A DNA stretch of 64,000 nucleotides from Porphyridium purpureum (taxonomy: Eukaryota), in the NCBI GenBank assembly GCA_008690995.1, contig VRMN01000002.1:1736001-1800000 (forward strand), given 5' to 3'. The notes under the pieces are model-generated. The model made no database searches. It was given only the letters and a program-made list of their open reading frames with translations, and had not been told where the DNA came from. The position numbers and the translations under genes are program-made. Of the stretch, positions 21,005 through 32,100 are shown one piece after another (position 1 is the first letter of the stretch; every line of letters starts with the position of its first letter).

Positions 21005-22393
21005 TCATGCGGGGTGTTTGAGAATCTGGTTGTTGACTACATATACTAGCGCCTTGCGCGCACGGTCCGCGCTGGGATCGATGGACCGGAATTGTGGGTT
21101 CTGCGGCAGTTCCGTGAGCTTTTGCCGGAGATGAGTAAGAGCGGCAAGAAGCTGGTGTCTCGCCTGCGAGTTGTCATCCTTGCGAAGTTCGTCATCTTCT
21201 CGGTCTTCAAGAATCAACATGATCTCCTGCGCCCAGAACAGCACGTCTTTAAGCTTTGTATCCACCTGGACGCGGTCTGCCATGTGCCTTATCAGAAACG
21301 CCAGCGGCGCCAGGTCGAATGACTCGAACAAATCCTGTGTGGCGTCGTCGCCCATCTCCCCGTATGAACGAGAAACGAGGCAATCCGCGACTGCGTTACC
21401 ACACATGAGGCGCTTCGCTGCATCCTTGACCCGCATCGCCTCATTCACCGCATCCTGCACGCGATCTGCAGCCATGAGATCCGTAATCTTGGCAAGCAAG
21501 CCCGCCTCTGCCTGCGCCCCGGGCGACGTCGACGCATGAGAGCTGCCAAATCCACCGGACATGTTATTCCCTTGCTGGCTCCCGGACGAGCCTGAACCCG
21601 CCGCCGCGGCTCCTACATCCGCATTCAGCGCCCCTACGAGCGCCGTGCGGTTCTTTTCAAAACTTTGAATCGACTCGGCTACGGACAAATTACTGTCCGC
21701 GAGCCTCTGCAAGTACGACTGCAGGGGCACCGAAAAAATGGTTTCCATGTCCTGATTGATGGCATTTGCGACCTGGGCCAGCAGGGCCTGTGACGACGAC
21801 TCAATGCTCGGGAAAAGTTCCTTTTCGAAAGCGCGGCCGAGAGATTGCCGTGTGGCTTGCACAATCTGTTGTTTTTCCCGGCTGATCTCACTGGCGCTGT
21901 CCGCATCCGCGTCCGCTTTCGCAAGCTCGATCATCTTCAGCCTGAGCGCAGAGAACAACTCCTCAATGTACAATGGCGCAATACGATGCAAGTGTTGCTG
22001 CACTGCATCGTTGACCACCTGCTTAAGTCCCTCTGCCATCTGCTGTACCTCGTTCGCAATCGCATCTCGCAGAATCGCGCCAAGCTGCTCGTTGATCCCG
22101 TTCGAAATGACTCGCAGCAACTCGCGCATCCGCTCCTTGAAGGCCTCCTCCAACTTGGCCTTCTCCTCCGCCACGCATTCATTCAGCGACCTGCGCACAC
22201 GCGCCATGGTTTCCTGCGCTGCTGCGCTCGTCGACACACTGCTCGGCAGCTGCACGGCAGCCTCAGTTCCTGCCGCCGCCTCACCAGGCCCAACCGCCGC
22301 GCTCGCGCCGACATCCTCTCCAGACGCCGGAGCAGCCGTTCCAGCAGGCGTCGGCCGCTTCAGGATCTTCACAGGCCCCTTGTGTCCATCCAT
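21005..22393 (-). CDS. helical/coiled-coil protein resembling the C-terminal half of EDC4/VARICOSE
   Basis: VKILKRP start, coiled coil, AFEKELFPSIESSSQALLAQV, and a C-terminal helical domain LAFLIRHMA...LFWAQEIMLIL; no WD40 repeats. Confidence 0.5.
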   Translation of the reverse strand: MDGHKGPVKILKRPTPAGTAAPASGEDVGASAAVGPGEAAAGTEAAVQLPSSVSTSAAAQETMARVRRSLNECVAEEKAKLEEAFKERMRELLRVISNGINEQLGAILRDAIANEVQQMAEGLKQVVNDAVQQHLHRIAPLYIEELFSALRLKMIELAKADADADSASEISREKQQIVQATRQSLGRAFEKELFPSIESSSQALLAQVANAINQDMETIFSVPLQSYLQRLADSNLSVAESIQSFEKNRTALVGALNADVGAAAAGSGSSGSQQGNNMSGGFGSSHASTSPGAQAEAGLLAKITDLMAADRVQDAVNEAMRVKDAAKRLMCGNAVADCLVSRSYGEMGDDATQDLFESFDLAPLAFLIRHMADRVQVDTKLKDVLFWAQEIMLILEDREDDELRKDDNSQARHQLLAALTHLRQKLTELPQNPQFRSIDPSADRARKALVYVVNNQILKHPA

Positions 22394-22617
22394 GGTATAT
22401 ATCCGAACCTCACACAAACGCAAACACACGCGCCAAAGGCGCCCACGCTTCTTTTCCCCCTCGGCGCCCGCATGCTCTTCCACCTGGTTTTCCACTTTTA
22501 CATGTAAACCAAACAGTTTAATATAAAAAAGTACAGTTGCACGGAAATCTACGAAACAGGGTTCTGCCCGCGAATGGCTTGTGTGTCGGGCAGGCAAGAG
22601 CAGGAAGGGCGAGAAGA

Positions 22618-23736
22618 ATGTGTGCTCTTCCGTGTAAAGAAGAAGTCGTGCAGCTTGGACGTTCGGGCATTTTCCTGCGGACACCGCTGGGCATCGGAAC
22701 CTTGCAATGGGGAACCACGTGGGTCGACAGTAAGCTGATCAGCGGCGGCCGAATCTCGGATGCAACAGCCGAAGCTATCGTTCGCCATTTGGTAGAGAAT
22801 CATGTGACCTTCTTCGACTCGGCTGAAGGATATGGTGGCGGCACGAGCGAGGAGCGCATCGGGATTTTGCGTCAGCGCGCCGAGAACGATAAAGTCGGCA
22901 GAAAGAGCGAAGAAGGCGCCTCTGAAATGATTGTGGCAACCAAGTTCTTGCCCACTTTGTGGCGTTGGACGCACGCGAGCTTTGAGCGCGCGTTGCGTGG
23001 AAGCTTGGCCAGGCTTCAGCAGGATTCTTGTGATGTATACTTCTTGCATTCGCCCTTGCACCCACGTCCTATTGAGTTCTGGGTTGAGGCCGCAGCTATA
23101 TGCAAGCGCAAGGGCTTGCTCAAATCGATGGGGCTGTCCAATTGCAATGCCGAGCAGGTGCGGCGCGCGGTAGCCGCGGGCAAGCACTTTGGAGTGCCCA
23201 TCTCGTGCAACCAGATAATGTTCAGTCTGCTCGATTATCGGTCGGTATCGCTCCAGGCCACGGTCAGGGCGTGCAAGGAGCTCGACGTGACCGTCGTTGC
23301 CTACTCGCCCATTGGACAAGGCCTACTGACTGATAAAATGAGCGCAGAACGTTTTGAAAGCAACCGGCCGGCAAAAATGACGGGTTTGACGTGGGAGCAG
23401 CTCTCCGCTCTGCGCACCGAGATCAGGGCGATCGCAACTGAGCGTGGCAAGAGCATGGCCCAGGTGGCGCTCAATTGGTGCATTTGTCACGACACTATTC
23501 CGCTTGTGGGCTGCCGCTCGGTCGCGCAGAGTGAAGATACGCTAGGTTGCCTGGGGTGGAGACTTTCCACTGAGGAAGTTGAGCGCCTCGACGCCGTGGC
23601 GCTGGCTCGAAGCACACTCGACAGTCCTCCTTGGAGGCGCGGCATTTTTGTTGCACTTGCGGGTGTGCTGATGATGGTGTACAAGGTGTCCATCTCGCTC
23701 AATCTTATGTTTGGTTCCGGGACAAGCCGATATTGA
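22618..23736 (+). CDS. aldo/keto reductase (pyridoxal reductase-like)
   Basis: LGIGTLQWG, FFDSAEGYG, VATKF, YFLHSP, GLSN, AYSPIGQG. Confidence 0.9.
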   Translation: MCALPCKEEVVQLGRSGIFLRTPLGIGTLQWGTTWVDSKLISGGRISDATAEAIVRHLVENHVTFFDSAEGYGGGTSEERIGILRQRAENDKVGRKSEEGASEMIVATKFLPTLWRWTHASFERALRGSLARLQQDSCDVYFLHSPLHPRPIEFWVEAAAICKRKGLLKSMGLSNCNAEQVRRAVAAGKHFGVPISCNQIMFSLLDYRSVSLQATVRACKELDVTVVAYSPIGQGLLTDKMSAERFESNRPAKMTGLTWEQLSALRTEIRAIATERGKSMAQVALNWCICHDTIPLVGCRSVAQSEDTLGCLGWRLSTEEVERLDAVALARSTLDSPPWRRGIFVALAGVLMMVYKVSISLNLMFGSGTSRY

Positions 23737-23977
23737 CTGGGAGCGAGTGCTGAAATGTTAGAAAGTAGTGTATCAATCAGCGGAGATAGTAGTTTAAGAT
23801 CCTTGCCAAGACGGAAAGGAAGAAAGAGATTGAAAAGCACGTATCGTAAAATGAGGCGCTGCGACCGTGCCTCGTGCTCGAGCCATCACGCACCTAGGAC
23901 GCCCCTCCCCCATTCTACATTCAGTCCTTGTCGATCTCTACATTCAAGCTGGTCCCTGGCCTTCGTCGATCGTAGTC

Positions 23978-24355
23978 TCATCGGCGGCCTCGTCCGTACC
24001 GTCGGAAGCGGCGAGCAGGTGGTGAGAGTCCTGCTCTGCTGTGGCGAAACGCATTGAATATAGACCCGCGGGTGGCGGGATGAGCGATCGCTGCTACAGC
24101 GGCGACATTGGCAGCGACCGACAGCCAAAATTTGGCCTGGAACGAGCTCTTGACCGTCTTATGACGAAATACATTCATGGCGCACAGGCCACCGATCCAA
24201 CCACCTGCGAGCGCTGTCAAGCACAGTGTGCGCTCCGGAATGCGCGGCCCCTGGTTGATGGCCTGCTGCTTGTCGTAGTAGAAAAGACCAAAGGCGCCGC
24301 CATTCACGCAAACTCCGTACAAGCCAGCTGCGCGTGCCGGCCACATGGCGTTCAT
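23978..24355 (-). CDS. DUF1294 family membrane protein
   Basis: YDKxxA...RIPERTL...GGWIG...AMNVFRHKT.K.SF signature. Confidence 0.85.
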   Translation of the reverse strand: MNAMWPARAAGLYGVCVNGGAFGLFYYDKQQAINQGPRIPERTLCLTALAGGWIGGLCAMNVFRHKTVKSSFQAKFWLSVAANVAAVAAIAHPATRGSIFNAFRHSRAGLSPPARRFRRYGRGRR

Positions 24356-24547
24356 CCCGGCTATCGCTGCGGCTCTTCCGCCCCGCCCTTCAGACAACCG
24401 ACTTTATAATACAGCTGGCACACAGCACCCCAAGTCTCACGCCAGCCTCTGGATCGAGGTCGACCGGGAGAATTGTGACCACCATGTCTTCAGGTATCTA
24501 TGAGGTATCAGGCAAAATTCGTGGTGGAGAATCTTGAAGTAGTTTCG

Positions 24548-25648
24548 TTAGTGGTGGAACTGGCCGACTTTCTGCCCGCACAGAACACGGTCGCCTGGTC
24601 TGACCAAAAAGTGGAAGTCTTCCGGGGCCTCGAAAACCAGCACAATGCTTGAGCCAAGGCGGAATCCGCCAACGAGATCGCCGCGATCGAAACGGATCGT
24701 CGCATCTTTGCCGAGAAATTTCTCCTCGTGGATTTTGTGCCTCTTCGCCCCGACTCGGTTGGTCTTGATGGGAAACTTTGTCGGAAAGAACATCCGAATG
24801 CTTCCGACATTGGTCGCACCGACAGCAGTCATGGAAAAGAAGCGTCTGCGTTCTTCACCCCATTCGCCCAGAAGAACGATACGCTCATTAAGCACAAACA
24901 AGTTGGGGATACGCCGAGCCACAGCCGGGTTCACAGAAAGCAATTCGCCCACCACATGGCGCACCTTCGTGAGCTGCCAGTCGTCCACAGGCGAATGGAA
25001 GTTGTGGTAGTCTCCCGGTGCCAAATAGAGCACCATCTGGAAGAGCTGGTTGGAGCTACGCTGCTTCGACAGCGCGGCATCCTTGCGGTTTTTGTCAGAC
25101 TCGTCGTACACATTCACCGCGCTCAGCGCGAGCTTCTCGTGAGGCCCTTCGACACCAAGGAAGTCGCGCAGATCGTACGTGAATCCTTTCACTTGGTGCA
25201 GTTTCCCGAATGCTCCCACAGGCCCGCATGTGAGCACACGTCCGTCGCAAGGCGAAACCACCGCATCTGGTGCAGTGTCAGTGGGACGCAAGCCGGGCTT
25301 CAGCGCGCGTCCGAAGAACTCTTGCAAATTAGCATACTCCTTAAGGGGCTTCTCGGCCTGGTCGACGTCGCAGTCAAAAGTGCGACACCAGCTGTTATAC
25401 AGCGGCGCGCGCAGCGGCACAGGAAGCGGCAGCTCGTTTACCGTGCCCCAGAGCCGAGATACCGCGCGGAGTGGGAGCTGCCGCGTCACGAAGTCGTACA
25501 TCCCCACGCTTAGCGGCTCGCCCGACAGCGCCTCAAAGTCGCACCCATCCTCCAAGGGCGGGAACGCTGCCTTGAGCGTGTAGGCACCACCAGCAACCCC
25601 GAGCACGCTCAGCACGGCAGCGCCACTGGCGATGCGACGAAATCGCAT
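24548..25648 (-). CDS. PSD1: phosphatidylserine decarboxylase proenzyme (mitochondrial type)
   Basis: FFGRALKPGLRP, SPCDG, YLAPGDYHNFHSP, NER, VGATNVGSI, GGFRLGSSIVL autocleavage site. Confidence 0.93.
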   Translation of the reverse strand: MRFRRIASGAAVLSVLGVAGGAYTLKAAFPPLEDGCDFEALSGEPLSVGMYDFVTRQLPLRAVSRLWGTVNELPLPVPLRAPLYNSWCRTFDCDVDQAEKPLKEYANLQEFFGRALKPGLRPTDTAPDAVVSPCDGRVLTCGPVGAFGKLHQVKGFTYDLRDFLGVEGPHEKLALSAVNVYDESDKNRKDAALSKQRSSNQLFQMVLYLAPGDYHNFHSPVDDWQLTKVRHVVGELLSVNPAVARRIPNLFVLNERIVLLGEWGEERRRFFSMTAVGATNVGSIRMFFPTKFPIKTNRVGAKRHKIHEEKFLGKDATIRFDRGDLVGGFRLGSSIVLVFEAPEDFHFLVRPGDRVLCGQKVGQFHH

Positions 25649-25966
25649 CGTCCAATCGAGAAATTTGCACGGCACCGGAAGCGAAATGGGGCTGGCAACT
25701 GCAATTTTTTGTTGATGCCTTGTTCCTCTTTCCTCTCCTAGTTTTCACGGTTTAAGTCTCCTTTTACTGAGAGCAAAGGGCACGCCAGATGCAGCGGACC
25801 TACCCTACAACCTTCACTACAGCGCTCCCAACTCGCCTCCCCGCTCACAGGCACTCAAGTTACACGTTCCTGACTACAAATCCATGGCTACCTCTATTCT
25901 CAGCGATCGCTCAGACCGTTACTGCGATCAGCGTCTGGGCGCGGCAGCCATGCTTGTGCAAGCCTC

Positions 25967-26875
25967 TTAAACCTTTTGCTTGTAGCTCTCCACGATCTTG
26001 ACAAAGTCCGGCTTGAGCGAGGCGCCGCCCACGAGGAATCCGTCAATGTTGGGCTTCTTCGCAAGCTCATCACAGTTGGCTGGGCTGACTGACCCACCGT
26101 ACAGGATGCGGGTGGAATCGGCAACTTGCTGGGACACATTGGCCGCGAGCCACTTGCGAATAGCCTCATGGACCTCCTCGGCCTGCTCGGGCGTGGCAAC
26201 CTTGCCGGTGCCGATCGCCCACACAGGCTCGTATGCGATGACAATCTTGGACCAGTCGCTACCGATCACGTCGCCAAGCGCCTTGAGCTGCCTCTCACAC
26301 ACCGCAATCGTCTGCCCGGACTCACGTTCCTCGAGCAATTCGCCGATGCAGTACATGACCGACACGCCCTTGGAAATAGCATACACCGTCTTGGTTGCGA
26401 TCGTGGCGTCCGATTCTTTGAGCTCCGGCAGGTTTCTCCTCTCCGAATGGCCTAGAATTACCCAGTCAGTGCCCACATCTGCAAGCATGTCTGCCGTGAC
26501 CTCTCCCGTGTACGCTCCACCCTTTCCAATCCAGCAGTTCTGCGCTGACACGCCCCAGTCAGAGCGCAACAGTCCGCGCGTATACTCCAGGTACGGCAGC
26601 GGTGCGCCCACCACCACTTCCACGTCGCTGGTGGTTGGCGCGTCCTTGTTGAACGACTCGACCAGCGTCTTGATCTCGGACTTGCTGCCGTTGCACTTCC
26701 AGTTCCCTCCCACGAAGAACACACGATCCGCGCCCATGCTCAAGGTCGCCACTCGCGCGACGCGCCGTGCATGCGTGACGTGCGGAGCGCCTCGAATGTG
26801 AGACTTTGCAGCGACTCCGTCATTTCCCCTTCCTGCCGCGCCGGACGCAGAGAACCCAGTCACAAAGGCCTGCAT
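25967..26875 (-). CDS. TPI: triosephosphate isomerase, plastid-targeted
   Basis: GGNWKCN, ILGHSERR, AYEPVWAIGTG, YGGSV, FLVGGASL; MQAFV transit peptide. Confidence 0.97.
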   Translation of the reverse strand: MQAFVTGFSASGAAGRGNDGVAAKSHIRGAPHVTHARRVARVATLSMGADRVFFVGGNWKCNGSKSEIKTLVESFNKDAPTTSDVEVVVGAPLPYLEYTRGLLRSDWGVSAQNCWIGKGGAYTGEVTADMLADVGTDWVILGHSERRNLPELKESDATIATKTVYAISKGVSVMYCIGELLEERESGQTIAVCERQLKALGDVIGSDWSKIVIAYEPVWAIGTGKVATPEQAEEVHEAIRKWLAANVSQQVADSTRILYGGSVSPANCDELAKKPNIDGFLVGGASLKPDFVKIVESYKQKV

Positions 26876-27523
26876 CTTTGAGGTTCGCACAAGAACACAA
26901 ACAAATCGATCCGCTGATATTTACCTTCTCCTCCTGCACTCTGCCGCCGTTCGGTCGCTCGCTCGCCCGCTCTCTGCCTTTATCACGCCTGCCGCCGTCC
27001 GATCTTCACACAAGCAACTAGATCCGTCTGTTCCGCGTCTGCCCCAGTCTGTGTGGCCTTCTTCCCATCCCAATCTCTCGCAACTATCTGAAGGATCGTA
27101 TGTAAACACGTTTGTTTTAATAGGAAACGAGTGTACCTCGAGGCGTCAACCAACCTCGTTCGCGCGCTCGGCCTCCACGCGGAAACAGACCAGCTGATGA
27201 TGAGTGGATGTGAACGCCACTCACGAGCAGAGGTGGTTCGAAATGGCTGGCACGATGATATGTGCTGTGAATGCGGCAGCGTCCTTGGGTGGAGACGGGC
27301 AAGTTCATCCACCTCAGCTAGATCAATCACGGATGTAAATATAACAGTGTTTTATAGAGGATTCACATCAACTCGGATACGACGTACACCGAGTCGATCG
27401 CTCAACCATTGCACGCCGCGCGTCAGCCTGCCGACCGAATATAAAAGCCGGCTCTCCCTTCGCGCGACCAGTCTCTGTACTTTCTCTGGGTATTTTCATC
27501 GTCAGGTACGCTCGCGCGGCAAC

Positions 27524-28231
27524 TTAGAAGCGCGTCAGGCCGACCCACGTGAGGGAAAATGTGACGACGAGAGCCACAGAGAGCGCCGTCCTCATGTTCA
27601 TGACCTCGCGCCACTCCCACTGGTTCGCCTGTTGTACTTGTTCGTCTTGCACCTTTTGCTGAGTGTCGGCCACGATGTCCTTAGCCAGGGCAATCTTCTT
27701 TGTGGTCAGCGCCACCTCCTGCTGGTTTGCTTCCAGAGCGACCTTCAGCTCACGACCCTTGCTCTGGAGCACACCGAGCTCCTTCTCCAAAGTCGTCGCG
27801 AGACGAGTCTGCTCTTCAATGCGAGCCGCGTCTTCAGCGGACATAACATACTCGGGCTTGCGCGCAAGTGTCGAAGAGGCCTGGACAACCTTCGTCGGCG
27901 GCGCGTTTGGGCTTGACTCCACCGCAGGAGGGCCAAAGTGAAGCATCGCAGCAACTGCGACCGCCACGAGCGGGGGGACCACAAGGTACTTTGCCGGTCC
28001 CATGCTCTCAATGGTGCTCACGATGGTGCTATCCAGGGTGCTGTTGTCCTTGTCATCACGGATCTTCCTCTTCGGGTTCTCGTCGACCGACAGCACCATG
28101 GACACCACGCGGCGCCTCGGGACCGCCACATCGCGGACGCCGGCGCTGCCCGTGGACACCAAGCTCTTTGGCGCCGCGAACGCCGATGAAGCCGGCGCAA
28201 ACTGCACAAAGCCGCAAGACGAAAACGCCAT
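27524..28231 (-). CDS. plastid-targeted hypothetical membrane protein (TM, coiled coil, TM)
   Basis: MAFSSCGFV transit peptide, two hydrophobic segments flanking a heptad-rich region. Confidence 0.7.
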   Translation of the reverse strand: MAFSSCGFVQFAPASSAFAAPKSLVSTGSAGVRDVAVPRRRVVSMVLSVDENPKRKIRDDKDNSTLDSTIVSTIESMGPAKYLVVPPLVAVAVAAMLHFGPPAVESSPNAPPTKVVQASSTLARKPEYVMSAEDAARIEEQTRLATTLEKELGVLQSKGRELKVALEANQQEVALTTKKIALAKDIVADTQQKVQDEQVQQANQWEWREVMNMRTALSVALVVTFSLTWVGLTRF

Positions 28232-29177
28232 GATGATCACTCCCTTGCTCCACTGAACCACCCGCCAACACCCTCTTACCTCTCTTCCTTTCTTCCCGCA
28301 CAAAGTGAACCACTGCACTGCCCCACAATTAAGATGTGAGCCACCTGCTTCTCTCTCTCCCGCTTCATGTTATCGCGCCTTTAAACCCTTCCGCAAGGTG
28401 CTAGGCAAACCACATTCCCTCCTAGATATTTCTGCGGTCACACATTGACGCTGACAAATTCGCTCCTACTACACCCTGCGTTCTCGAAGCGTTGCCCTCC
28501 GGTTCTGCTGATGGCTACAAATGGACGCCGCAGGATCAGCAAAAAACGATCCACTCGGCCCAGAAGTCATCACCAAAAGCAGCCAGAGCAAAAGGGACCA
28601 TGGCAGCACTCCAGCTCTCGTCCGCCCTCCCAACTCAGCTCAATGACTCACATTCCATCGGGAGATAACAGCAGTAGCACCATCTTCAAATGCAAACTGC
28701 ACGAGAACCCCCACCCCCACCCAACCCACCCACCAACAAGCGCCAAAAAGGCACTCAGCTCGCTTTGCGGCACGATCTGGGTTCCTACCACCGCCTGGAA
28801 TCCGGTCATAGGGGGGTGCGCCGGAGGTTCAGTGGGTGTCCAGTGTGAGAGGTACACTGAGAGCGGTACAGCGATGAGGCTGGCTCGGTGCTGTACTGTG
28901 TGTACAGTGTGGCGGTTTGGCGGGCGCCCAGCGCGCGAGCGCGGCAGAAGCGAAACGCAGGCGCAAACTGGCGTGGTGGACGTGCAGGCGCAGGGGGCCC
29001 CGGAGCAAGATGGCGGTTGTGGGTGAAATGTGCTGAGGATGCCGGGCATGTCTGGGCAAAGAACGTAGGTCCAGCCGTAAGAGCTTCCAGGTTCCCGCGT
29101 CAGTAATGCTTGTTTGTTCGTGAATGTCTCTCTCTCTCTCTCTCTTCCTCTCTGGGTGTAAGAATATTGCGCAGAGT

Positions 29178-32100
29178 ATGGCGAGTGACGCTGACTTTTT
29201 TGAAATTGAAACAGATGATGAGGACAGCGGAAATGGTGGAGGGACGTACCTGGCTCGGCCACAAATGCCGGTCTCCGAGTCGGTCTGGCCTGTACAACCT
29301 CTGACAGATCAGAAACATCAGGCACAACCGCCGCAGCAGGAAAGACAGGAACACCACACTGATTGCATCGCTCAGGTACCGCCGAGAGATCGCGGTGGAG
29401 CCTTGTTGAGTACGCATGAGCGAGGTAGTTCGACGCTGATCGGACAACATCATGCGCACACGCTGCCAAACACACAAAGTTTCCAGAATCAAGGTCACCA
29501 GCGGAAATCGCTGGGATTAAATATGACGCGCAACCAAGACGCGCAACCGATAGAGTGCGTCGCCGACATGCTCGACGAAGATGATTGGGACATTGACATG
29601 GAGGTAGTAGAACGGATTGAGCGCGCGCATATGGAACAAAAGTTGCATGGTGCAACGCACACAGACGGACATTATCCGCCCGAAAGCTGCTTTCGCGAAC
29701 CAGAAAGACAAGGACCAATGCCTACACAGGCGCTGTCCGCAAGGAGCATCGAAAGGGGTACCCTGAACGCGGGCCCAGTCTGCAATTTTCCGCCGCAGTC
29801 GTACAACGCGACCGTTGGACTCTGCGTTTCGACAGAGCCGAGTCCAGCCACACCTTCTTCAGGTCCTCGCTTGGCGTGTGCGCAGTTTACGGGGAACGCT
29901 TCCGCACCACTGGCACGGCTTGACGCGAGTGCGAGCATGCAAGGAAATTTGTTGGCCGGACTTCCAGGTAAATCGTCATCGTCGCCAGCGCTGCACCTGG
30001 CAAAGCCCTGTGAGGTCATTGAAATTACGCAGCCGTGGTCGTCCTCTGCGGGTGACTTTACACAGTCAAACGTCCAGCACCATCTCGTCACAGAGCATTA
30101 TCTTGTTCAAAGCCTGGAACCCGTAGCAGAAGGTAATTTGAACGGGAATGAGCATGAGCACGAACTCAAGCAGACGACACTCGATGCGTTCGTCCGTGGA
30201 AGGGGCAAAGGAGCAGCTGCCGGTGTGTCTTCCTCACCGCCACCAGACGTGGTCTTTGTACGTGCACGCAGTGTCGATGCGAAGCATCATCCCTTGGTGG
30301 AAGCGACCGTGCAAGACACGTGTGGCACCAATGGCGCTGCTGCTCCTTCCTCGCTGTACGCACACTGGATCGTGCCGTCCAATTTGAATTTGCGACCGTA
30401 CCAGAGCTCCCTGGCGGCATCGGCGCTGGGCGCGAACAGCCTGATCTGCCTTCCCACCGGGCTTGGCAAGACGCGCATTGCATCTGTACTAATCCTGAAC
30501 ATGGTCCATTGGTTTCCGAGGGGTCGCACTCTGTTCATTGCGCCGACGCGACCGCTGATTACCCAGCAGCGTGCATCAATTCTTGACACTACGGGATTGA
30601 GCCCGGAGTTTGTGCAGGAAGTGACTGGCATGACACCAGCCAAGGACCGCGCCGCGGCATGGCGCTCATCGGGCAGCAGTCAAAGTGCCGTAAAAGTGGT
30701 CGTCGCGACCGCGCAAGTTGCACTGAATGACTTGCTCGCTGGGAAAGTCGATGCATCTGCGTTCGTGCTTGTGGTGGTGGATGAAGCACACCGCGCGCGT
30801 GGGAATACCGCCGCATGCAAACTCGTGCAAGAGCTCATGCTCCGCACTCAGTACACGATTCGCGTCGTGGGTCTTTCAGCGACACCTGGAAACTCTAAAG
30901 AGCTGGTGCAGGAGCTCGTTACCAACTTAAGCATTACCAGGGTGTGCTGCAAGTCCGAAACTGACGCCGACGTTGCCCCATATGTTCACGCCCGCAAAAA
31001 GAAGAGTGTTGTAGTAACGCTTCAGGGACACTTGCTCGGTGCTGTGCTTCAGTGTGCGCTTCTGGGCGAATCAGCTCTGACGCGGCTTGCAAATCTGCGC
31101 ATCCTGCTTTTCCCGGTGCGCGAATGCTTTTCTGTGCTCAAGCAGCAGCTGGCTGATCTTCGAGCGCGCAACTTTGAGCCTGCTGCCATGCCGCTGGCGC
31201 AGCTAGAAATGAACAGAGCTCCAGACGAAGAAAGAAAGGAAGCATACGATACACTTCCTTCGTTGGGGATGATACGGGCGGTGCGTCAAAGGTGGCTGGA
31301 AACGCTGCCTCCGGAAACTACCAGCCGCGAGAAGTACGCCATTGAGGGCGACTTTGCGTTCTTGACGGTGTGGGCACAGCTCATGCGCACGCTGAAAACT
31401 CACGGCATTCGTGCCATCCAGGCCAACTTGCACCGACTACATGCTGGACCACAGACCTCACGCGCGAGAATCGAATGTTGTAACTCGCCGGTATTTCGCG
31501 CGCTTCTCAGCTTTGTCGATTCGGCGGTCCGGGATGGAGCTGTGCACCCCAAGGTGCTGCTCTGTGAGCACGTTGTGCTGGATCACATGCGGAAAACACA
31601 AACTGGGACAAGGCCCGCCGCGAGCGGCGGCGGTGGCGATCCAAAGGGTTCACAGAGCAGTAATGTGATCATCTTCACCGAATTCAGGGAGAGTGTGGCC
31701 GAGCTCGAGTCGCGCTTCGCTAAGCATCGTCCAGTTGTCCGAGCTGCCGGGTTCGTAGGACAGGCCAACGCCGGGTCTAAGAAAGAGCGCGAGCAGGAAG
31801 CCAGGGCGATGAATGACGACGGTGAGAGGGGCAATGCGAATGACAGGACGAACGGGCTGCACGCGCCCCGGCGCGGTATGAAGCAACGGGAGCAGCGCGC
31901 AGTCATCGAGGCCTTCCATCGAGGAGAAATCAATGTGCTGATAGCAACCTGCATTGGCGAGGAAGGCCTTGACATTGGGAGTGTAGATCTGATTGTTATG
32001 TTCGACGTGAGCCGCAGTCAGGTGCGATGGATTCAACGCATGGGCCGAACAGGCCGCACCAAGCGCGGGAATGTGGTGGCTCTTGTAACAGGCGGTGCGG

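Noticed and set aside
26876..26924. Possible short 5'-UTR intron before the TPI ATG (GTAAAT...AAG on the minus strand)
   Set aside because: No clear branch point; cannot be supported without transcript data.
28445..29718. ORFs 28445-29026 (+) and 28648-29718 (-)
   Set aside because: Lie in a divergent promoter or antisense to FANCM, with no homology cues.
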